A stretch of 6,263 nt of DNA. Source: Octopus sinensis. Lineage: Eukaryota. The notes beneath the pieces were generated by a model. It saw nothing but the letters and a program-made list of their open reading frames with translations. It searched no databases and was not told the origin of the DNA. Shown piece by piece: positions 1-6,088 of this stretch. Location of the stretch: positions 1 to 6,263 of the forward strand of contig NW_021829403.1 of assembly GCF_006345805.1 (NCBI RefSeq). Direction: 5' to 3'. The stretch's first letter is position 1. Every line of letters starts with the position of its first letter. The translations under genes were made by a program, and so were the position numbers.

Positions 1-234
1 TTGAGTGGAGTTAGACCATAGGCTGAGTTTTAACTTATTGATTAATATAGGTATGTATTTATCTAAAATGTACTTACTAAGGGTACCGATGTCAGAACTA
101 GAGGGGCATGTGAGCCTTAATGCCGGGTTGGTATGAAAGTTTGGTTTATGGTCCTTAACGATGAATCTTGGTTGTCTGGGGTTCAGCGGTTGGGTTTTCA
201 TTTGTAATCCATACGTTTCCATGATTTTCTTAAT
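1..234 (-). mobile_element. Penelope-like element (PLE) reverse transcriptase fragment, 5'-truncated, continuing beyond the left window edge
   Basis: Manual translation of the minus strand 234->1 gives 78 open codons: [78 protein letters not shown]. The pattern KDHKxNFxxNPxxRLxxPxxSxIGxLSKxILD resembles the start of the RT core (K-x-H-K...P-x-R region) of invertebrate PLEs. An in-frame TAA (235-237) lies at the microsatellite border. Confidence 0.7.
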
Positions 235-236
235 TT

Positions 237-274
237 ACATTATATACATATATATATATGTGTGTGTATATGTG

Positions 275-356
<82 letters not shown>

Positions 357-592
357 CATATATATATATACATATATATGCATTATATACATATATATAT
401 ATGTATTGTATATATATATATCATATATATATATAGATAGATAGATATATACATATATATACATATATGTACATATATATATATGTATATGTATTTATAT
501 ATACCTATCTATCTATCTATCTATCTATATAGCTATCTATCTATCTATCTATATATATATATATAATATATATATAATATATATATATATAT

Positions 593-643
<51 letters not shown>
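237..643. repeat. Compound microsatellite (TA)n/(TG)n/(ATAG)n/(ATCT)n
   Basis: Directly visible runs of TA, TG, ATAG and ATCT. Confidence 0.97.
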
Positions 644-1539
644 CAGGGTGTGGTGAACATACAGTTGTCTAAATTACGCAAAGATGAAAATAACACTGAC
701 ATTTTATTTTTAACAGATATATTTACCAAAATTACATAAAAAATATATTGAAATACTGAAGAGTAAATTTATTCAATAAAGTCGATATTGCCTTCAACCA
801 CGGCCTTAAGATGACTTCGGAATCTCGTGCAACTGTTCTGGACGGTCTCCTTGTTTAAGTTGGTGAATACTACCATAATCCTTGCCTTCAGTACATCTTT
901 TGTGTTACAAGAGGTTTTGTTGGTCTCTCGCTCATCTGTGCCCACATATAATAATGAAGGGAGTTGCAATTTGGGGAGTTAGGTGGCCATATGTTAGGGG
1001 TCATGTGGTCGAATGAATTGTTTGACATCCATGACTAGGTTCTCCTGCTTGTGTAGCTTGATGCAGAGTACTGTTGCCAGACATAGGGTCTTCCAGCAGC
1101 CACCCTCTTGACCCTGAATGACACTACCTCCTTCAGGCACTCGACGTAGGCCACCGTATTGAGTGCGAGGCTGTGTGGGAAGAGGATAGGAGGCATAACG
1201 TCGCCATCACCACTGATCACTCCAAACACCATGATGTTGACTGGATGTTTGATTTTTTATTACTCTCGATACATGTCCTAAGATTGCGCTGTCCTCAGAT
1301 TGACACCCAAGCACTGTGAAATGTTCGTACTGGAGCTTCCGGTGCGAATGCTTACCAGTACAGCATGTCGTTTCCCAAATTTCTTGCAAAGTGAATTGCG
1401 TCATGGTGCTGTTTTTCTCACACAAAGACGGTGCCCAACTGACCATACTATACTGTGTCGTCGACAAAATCAGAAGCAAACAATGTGATTGCGCGAAATT
1501 AAAATCATAAAATAGCGACAATTTACCCATCGAATCCTG
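644..1539 (-). mobile_element. Internally deleted Tc1/mariner-superfamily DNA transposon, DD37D (maT-like) type
   Basis: Flanked by TA at 642-643 and 1540-1541. Degenerate TIRs CAGGGTGTGGTGAACATACAGTTG (from 644) and CAGGATTCGATGGGTAAATTGTCG (reverse complement from 1539) match at 13 of the first 24 positions, and most mismatches are transitions. Transposase remnants lie between them on the minus strand. Confidence 0.82.
769..1404 (-). pseudogene. Degenerate DD37D-type transposase
   Basis: ATG at 1404-1402 gives MTQFTLQEIW/(frameshift)RHAVLVSIRTGSSSTNISQCLGVNLRTAQ (HTH-like N-terminus), joined near 1283-1286 to KHPVNIMVFGVISGDG...WQQ[Y]SASSYTSRRT*SWMSNNSFDHMTPNIWPPNSPNCNSL[H]YYMW/(frameshift)ERETNKTSCNTKDVLKARIM...FIE* (stop 769-771). 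Exactly 37 residues separate the positions of the 2nd (1068-1070) and 3rd (954-956) catalytic Asp, now Tyr and His. In-frame stop at 1035-1037. Confidence 0.88.
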
Positions 1540-1940
1540 TATATACAAATGCATATATCCAAACACACACACGTGTACACTGTTAGCTAAATATTCTATA
1601 GATATGTCGTACATGATAGCAACGAAATGAAACACTGTTATACAAAACTGAATTAATATTAATGTTAAAGTGTCAAAAATGAAAAGAAAAACAATGTGTT
1701 ATGTCTTCTTTAGTTTAGTCACTCATATCAATGAGTCGAGTTTACAAGCACTGAATTCGTGGAAAGTTAAGGAGATGCACAGCTGCTTTCAAAACTCCAA
1801 ACAGAGTTGAAATATGTATTTACAACTGTGTCTTTCTCTATCCTTTTCCCGACGACGTTTACTGGAAAATAATCTTGGTTAAAGATTTAATACATACATA
1901 CTCTATTACGTTATAGCAACGAAGCAAGACGTTTGCTAAC

Positions 1941-2101
1941 ACGTCAGTAGTTTTATACATGCATCCATACATAGATACATACGTAGATACATAGATACAT
2001 ACATACATACACACACTCATACACATATGTACATATATACATTTTGTGCCAATTTCTCTATTATATATATATATTATATATATATATATATATATGTATA
2101 T
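1941..2101. repeat. Compound microsatellite (ATAC)n/(ATAG)n/(TA)n
   Basis: Visible ATAC/ATAG runs followed by a TA run ending at the LINE 5' junction. Confidence 0.9.
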
Positions 2102-2112
2102 GTCATAAGCCA

Positions 2113-3469
2113 CTAATTAGAGAGAGAGTTAGTTTAGATGAGATGCAGTTTGGTTTCGGCCAGGGAAAGTACCACTGATGCTATATTCCTGGTAAGGCAG
2201 CTGCAGGAGAAATACCTAGCCAAAGATAAGCCCCTGTACCTGGCTTTTGTTGAGATGGGAGAAAGCCTTCGACAGGGTCCCCCGATCCCTCATATGGTGG
2301 TCAATGAGGAAACTAGGAATAGATGAATGGTTAGTGAGAGCTGTGCAAGCCATGTACAGGTACGCTGCTAGTAAGGTGAGGGTTGGCAATGAGTACAGTG
2401 AAGAATTCCGGGTAGAAGTAGGGGTCCACCAAGGCTCAGTCCTCAGCCCCCTCCTATTTATCATAGTCCTCCAGGCAATAACGGAGGAATTCAAGACAGG
2501 ATGCCCCTGGGAGCTCCTCTATGCTGATGACCTTGTTCTAATTGCTGAGTCATTATCAGAACTGGAGAAGAAGTTTCAGGTGTGGAAGCATGGTTTAGAA
2601 TCGAAGGGCCTTAGAGTCAACCTAGCTAAAACCAAAGTCCTAATAACTAGGAAGGTAGACAAATCACAAACGCCTTCAGGTAGATGGCCCTGCTCGATCT
2701 GTAGAAAAGGTGTAGGTAGAAACTCTATAAGATGCACCAAGTGTAAGCTATGGACACATAAGAGGTGCAGCAATGTCATAGGAAGGCTAACTAGGAAGAT
2801 GGTTTTTGTATGTGGCAGATGCTCGGGAGCATTAACCTCTGAAAATCTGCAGAAAACAACTTCCGTCACTTTCCAGGGGAAAAAACTAGAAGTAGTTGAT
2901 AGCTTCCGTTATCTTGGTGACCAAGTCAGTAGGGGGGTGGGTGTGCTGAAAGTGTAACGGCTAGAGTAAGAATAGCCTGGCAAAGTTTAGGGAGCTCTTA
3001 CCTCTGTTGGTGACTAAAGGCCTCTCGCTCAGAGTAAAAGGCAGACTGTATGATGCATGTGTACGAACAGCCATGCTACATGGCAGTGAAACATGGGCCG
3101 TGACTGCTGAGGACATGCGTAAGCTCGCGAGAAATGAAGCTAGTATGCTCCGTTGGATGTGTAATGTCAGTGTTCATAGTCGACAGAGTGTAAGTACCTT
3201 GAGAGAAAAGTTGGACCTAAGAGGAATCAGATGTTGTGTGCAAGAGACGATTGCGCTGGTATGGTCATGTGGTGAGAATGGATGAAGATAGGTGTGTGAA
3301 AAAGTGCCACACCCTGGCAGTTGAGGGGACCTGTGGAAGAGGTAGACCCAGGAAAACCTGGGTCGAGGTGGTGAAGCACGACCTTCGAACTCTAGGTCTC
3401 ACCAAGGAATGACCAGAGACCGAGACCTATGGAAGTATGCTGTGCGTGAGAGACCCGGCAAGACAGTGA
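2113..3469 (+). pseudogene. Frameshifted RTE-type reverse transcriptase (RT core, internal PHD-type zinc finger, C-terminal region)
   Basis: Motifs QFGF (2146-2157), STTDAIF, EKAFDRVP, QGSVLSP (2430-2450), YADD (2520-2531), VNLAKTKV, FRYLG (2904-2918), MLHGSETW, RLRWYGH, GRPRKTW. Frame changes near 2158-2167, 2257-2259, 2932-2937, 2978-2982, 3244-3247 and 3407-3409. The end point (about 3450-3469) is approximate. Confidence 0.93.
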
Positions 3470-3516
3470 GAACAATCAAAATCAAATCATATATCAGAAA
3501 GCAGGGGTTAAGTGAC

Positions 3517-4184
3517 CCATCCGTTCGTGTCCGCTGTCAGCCTCGTCTGGCACCCGTGCCGGTGATACGTAAAAGCACCATTCGCTCGTGGCGTTTGCCA
3601 GTTCTGCCTGGCCCCCGTGTCGGTGGCACGTAAAAGCACCATCCGTTCGTGTTCGTTGCCAGCCTCGCTGGCCCTGTGCCGGTGACACGTAAAAGCACCG
3701 TCCGTTCGTGGCCGTTTGCCAGCTCTGTCTGGCCCCGTGTCGGTGGCACGTAAAAGCACCATCCGTTCGTGGCCGTTTGCCAGCTCTGTCTGGCCCCGTG
3801 TCGGTGGCACGTAAAAGCACCATCCGTTCGTGTCCGTTGCCAGCCTCGGCTGGCCCCCGTGCCGGTGACACGTAAAAGCACCATCCGTTCGGGGCCGTTG
3901 CCAGCTCTGTCGCAACCGTGTCGGTGGCACGTAAAAGCACCATCCGTTCGCGTCCCGTGCCAGCCTCGGCTGGCCCCCGTGCCGGTGACACGTAAAAGCA
4001 CCATCCGTCGTGGCCGTTGCCAGCTCTGTCTGGCCCCGTGTCGGTGGCACGTAAAAGCACCATCCGTTCGTGTCCGTTGCCAGCATCGCCTGGCCCCGTG
4101 CCGGTGACATGTAAAAGCACCATCCGTTCGTGGCCGTTCGCCAGCTCTGTCTGGCACCTGTGCAGGTGGCACGTAAAAAACACC
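3517..4184 (+). repeat. GC-rich tandem array of 11 units of ~59-62 bp with two alternating variants, inside the LINE 3' UTR
   Basis: AAAAGCACC-type anchors at 3571, 3632, 3691, 3752, 3813, 3874, 3933, 3994, 4053, 4113 and about 4175. Consensus CCATCCGTTCGTG(T/G)CCGTT(T)GCCAGC(CTCGG/TCTGT)CTGGCCCCGTG(C/T)CGGTG(A/G)CACGTAAAAGCA. Confidence 0.97.
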
Positions 4185-4294
4185 CACTACACTCGCGGAG
4201 TGGTTGGCGTTAGGAAGGGCATCCAGCCGTAGAAACACTGCCAGATCTGACTGGGCCTGACGAAGCCTTCCAGCTTCACAGACCCCAGTTGACC

Positions 4295-4352
4295 CGTCCA
4301 ACCCATGCTAGCATGGAAAGCGGACGCTAAATGATGATGATGATGATGATGA

Positions 4353-4356
<4 letters not shown>
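4295..4356 (+). other. LINE 3'-terminal stem-loop plus (ATG)n tail
   Basis: CGTCC (4295-4299) pairs with GGACG (4322-4326) and encloses the perfect palindrome CCATGCTAGCATGG (4303-4316). (ATG)8 follows at 4331-4354. Confidence 0.8.

Positions 4357-4383
<27 letters not shown>
4355..4383. repeat. (AT)14 microsatellite
   Basis: Pure AT run between the LINE tail and the SINE head. Confidence 0.97.
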
Positions 4384-4385
<2 letters not shown>

Positions 4386-4628
4386 CGTAGGAGTGGCTGT
4401 GTGGTAACTAGCTTGCTTACCAACCACATGGTTCCGGGTTCAGTCCCAGTGCGGGCCTACCAAAGCCTTGTGAGCGGATTTGGTAGACGGAAACTGTTGG
4501 CAAAAGAGACCGATTGAATAAGTATTAGGCTTACAAAGAATAATTCCTGGGGTGGATTTGCTCGACTAAAGGCGGTGCTCCAGCATGGCCACAGTCAAAT
4601 GACTGAAACAAGTAAAAGAGTAAAAGAG
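4384..4628 (+). mobile_element. tRNA-derived SINE with internal deletion and an alternative 3' end
   Basis: A-box-like TGGCTGTGTGGTAA (4394-4407) and B-box GGTTCAGTCCC (4437-4447). Homologous to the copy at 4970-5122 up to GGAAACTG (4496). Ends in ...TGACTGAAACAAGTAAAAGAGTAAAAGAG. Confidence 0.85.

Positions 4629-4676
<48 letters not shown>
4629..4676. repeat. (TA)n microsatellite
   Basis: Visible TA run with two CA interruptions. Confidence 0.97.
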
Positions 4677-4677
<1 letters not shown>

Positions 4678-4690
4678 TTGCTTAATGACT

Positions 4691-4827
4691 GACGGAAGAT
4701 GAAAGATACGAGAAATGTTTTAATCACTACAATTGTTTCGACACATCTACACCAAGGGACGCTCCTAAACCAAGTGTAGGTTCCATAATGCTAGATGAGG
4801 CAATTGTAGTATCTTCCATCTTCCGTC
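4691..4827. repeat. Fold-back sequence with nested inverted repeats (unclassified)
   Basis: GACGGAAGATGAAAGATAC (4691-4709) vs GTATCTTCCATCTTCCGTC (4809-4827), 18/19 complementary. ACTACAATTG (4726-4735) vs CAATTGTAGT (4801-4810), perfect. CTACAC (4747-4752) vs GTGTAG (4774-4779). Confidence 0.8.
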
Positions 4828-4909
4828 TCTCCCATTAACCAAATACATAACGAACACTGTGAAAGTGAACGGGATTTACCGCTAAGCTACCAGGTATATA
4901 CCATGCGAT

Positions 4910-4926
4910 TATATATATATGTATAT

Positions 4927-4969
<43 letters not shown>
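4910..4969. repeat. (TA)n microsatellite
   Basis: Visible TA run. Confidence 0.97.
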
Positions 4970-4972
<3 letters not shown>

Positions 4973-5122
4973 TAGGCGTAGCTGCGTGGCAAGTAGCTTA
5001 CTTCTCAACGACATGGTTCCCGGTTCAGTCCCACTGCGTGGCACCTTGGGCAAGTGTCTTCTACACCACCCGCGGTCCGACCAAAGCCTTGTGAGTGAAC
5101 GGAAACTGAAAGAAGCCCGTCG
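4970..5122 (+). mobile_element. tRNA-derived SINE
   Basis: A-box-like TAGCTGCGTGGCAA (4979-4992), B-box GGTTCAGTCCC (5022-5032), body GGCACCTTGGGCAAGTGTCTTCTAC...CCAAAGCCTTGTGAG...GGAAACTGAAAGAAGCCCGTCG followed by a (CA)n(TA)n run. The head is homologous to 4384-4496. Confidence 0.87.
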
Positions 5123-5150
5123 TATACACACACACACACACATATATATA
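5123..5150. repeat. (CA)n(TA)n microsatellite
   Basis: Directly visible. Confidence 0.95.
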
Positions 5151-5532
5151 CAAAAATGGGACAAAAACGTAAAACATCCACACAGGTGATATAAAAAAGG
5201 GACAGCATAACGTCCAGACAGACGATACAAAGAAAACAGGGACGGATCATTCGGGGTTTTATTTTCTCAGTCGAGTTCCAGACTATCTTTGCAATTTCGG
5301 ATGGTTAAACTTGAGATTGCTCCAATCTGGCCAGCCTCAAGAGAAAACTAAGCTAAGAACACTAGATTCCTTGGGGAAAAAAGCAGCAAATGTATACGAA
5401 AACAAGGACGGGAAAAAACGGACAAATGGTACACAAATATAAATAACAGGACATTAACAACCAGTGTCTTTCGACTAAGGACGAATTAAATTAAGTTGGC
5501 GTGTGTGGAGGTATAAGCCTTTGTCCCATTTG
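5151..5532. mobile_element. Non-coding element with short terminal inverted repeats, flanked by TA (MITE-like, unclassified)
   Basis: CAAAAATGGGACAAA (5151-5165) vs TTTGTCCCATTTG (5520-5532). A second match TCCACACA (5177-5184) / TGTGTGGA (5502-5509) sits at a near-symmetric distance. TA on both sides (5149-5150, 5533-5534). No credible ORF. Confidence 0.55.
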
Positions 5533-5694
5533 TATATATATATATATATACATATATACATGCATACATACATACATACATACATACATACATACATACA
5601 TACATACATACATACACATATATATATATATACGTATATACGTATATATATATATATATACATAAAAATATACATACATATATATATATACATA
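5533..5694. repeat. Compound microsatellite (TA)n/(TACA)n
   Basis: Directly visible TA and TACA runs. Confidence 0.97.
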
Positions 5695-5914
5695 TAATCA
5701 ATTTAGGGTAGCAAAAAATTCAGTAAAAATTTATCGCTACCAGCGGCCTAATGGAAAAGAGAAAATAGTCAAAGACTAAATATGTATAAATATAACAATT
5801 TAGGAATGGCCTAAACAGGCCATTCGTCCACCAGAAAGAGCAGCCAGAACTCCAACCGCCAAGTAGTGTAATTCGGAAATAAGGTGAAAATTTAAAAACA
5901 TTTACCCTAATTCA

Positions 5915-6015
5915 TCTTTTATACGATGCATCGTTTCAGTGTCTTTAATGATAGACCAGCTTAATTAAATTAAATTAAGCTAGTCTACCATAGGTCACAC
6001 TTCATCAGTAAAAGA
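5915..6015 (-). ncRNA. Type I hammerhead ribozyme motif
   Basis: Minus strand reads UCUUUUA-CUGAUGA-AGUGU-[internal loop, 19-bp hairpin]-ACACU-GAAA-CGAUGCAUCG-UA-UAAAAGA. Stem I is 7 bp (6009-6015/5915-5921). Core CUGAUGA is 6002-6008. Stem II AGUGU/ACACU is 5997-6001/5938-5942. GAAA is 5934-5937. Stem III is palindromic (5924-5933), followed by a GUA cleavage triplet. Confidence 0.9.
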
Positions 6016-6088
6016 AACCTGGGAGAGACGGATATACACGAGGCGACTGTATCAATGCCTCGGGAATATCTGTCTTAAAATTTTCAAG

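Larger units (their letters stand above)
2102..4356 (+). mobile_element. 5'-truncated RTE-clade non-LTR retrotransposon (LINE)
   Basis: RT homology starts at about 2102-2113 (LIRERVSLDEMQFGF), runs through the RT core and the RTE-type C-terminus (RLRWYGHVVRM...RGRPRKTW), then a ~0.9-kb 3' UTR ending in a stem-loop and (ATG)8 tail (4331-4354). No endonuclease domain is present, consistent with 5' truncation. TA runs on both sides. Confidence 0.92.

Noticed and set aside
161-729. Y/I/C/V-rich ORFs on both strands (161-436, 240-464, 258-440, 262-444, 541-729)
   Set aside because: They are translations of TA/TG microsatellites, which lack stop codons in some frames.
756-762. CTGAAGA, plus other CTGANGA matches at 1292-1298 (minus), 2440-2446 (minus) and 2524-2530
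   Set aside because: No correctly placed GAAA or supporting helices; they are chance matches inside transposon sequence.
1207-1635. 142-aa minus-strand ORF as a gene
   Set aside because: It is a mosaic of frames across the decayed transposase and its flank; only the MTQFTLQEIW segment is in the transposase frame.
1640-1940. Possible host exon in the only apparently non-repetitive stretch
   Set aside because: AG and GT dinucleotides exist but there is no recognisable protein similarity or convincing splice pair. RNA-seq would be needed.
3517-4184. CRISPR-like appearance of the ~60-bp periodic array
   Set aside because: There are no unique spacers, the whole unit is repeated, there are no cas genes, and the context is a eukaryotic LINE 3' UTR.
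4231-4275. CTGACGA (4257-4263) with an upstream GAAA as a possible hammerhead
   Set aside because: The flanking sequences do not form stems I, II and III in register.
3494-4301. Long ORFs of 112-254 aa over the tandem array
   Set aside because: Repetitive peptides arising from a GC-rich stop-poor repeat, open in several frames on both strands, with unit lengths that do not preserve frame.
4187-4429. ORF with a poly-His tract
   Set aside because: The His run is the antisense of the LINE (ATG)n tail and the YIYI run is the (AT)n microsatellite.
4384-5040. tRNA genes at the two A-box/B-box motifs
   Set aside because: No acceptor stem or full cloverleaf, and they continue into SINE bodies, so they are tRNA-derived SINE heads.
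4835-5701. ORFs 4835-5230, 4968-5189, 5005-5250 and 5475-5701
   Set aside because: They span SINE and microsatellite sequence and show no protein motifs.
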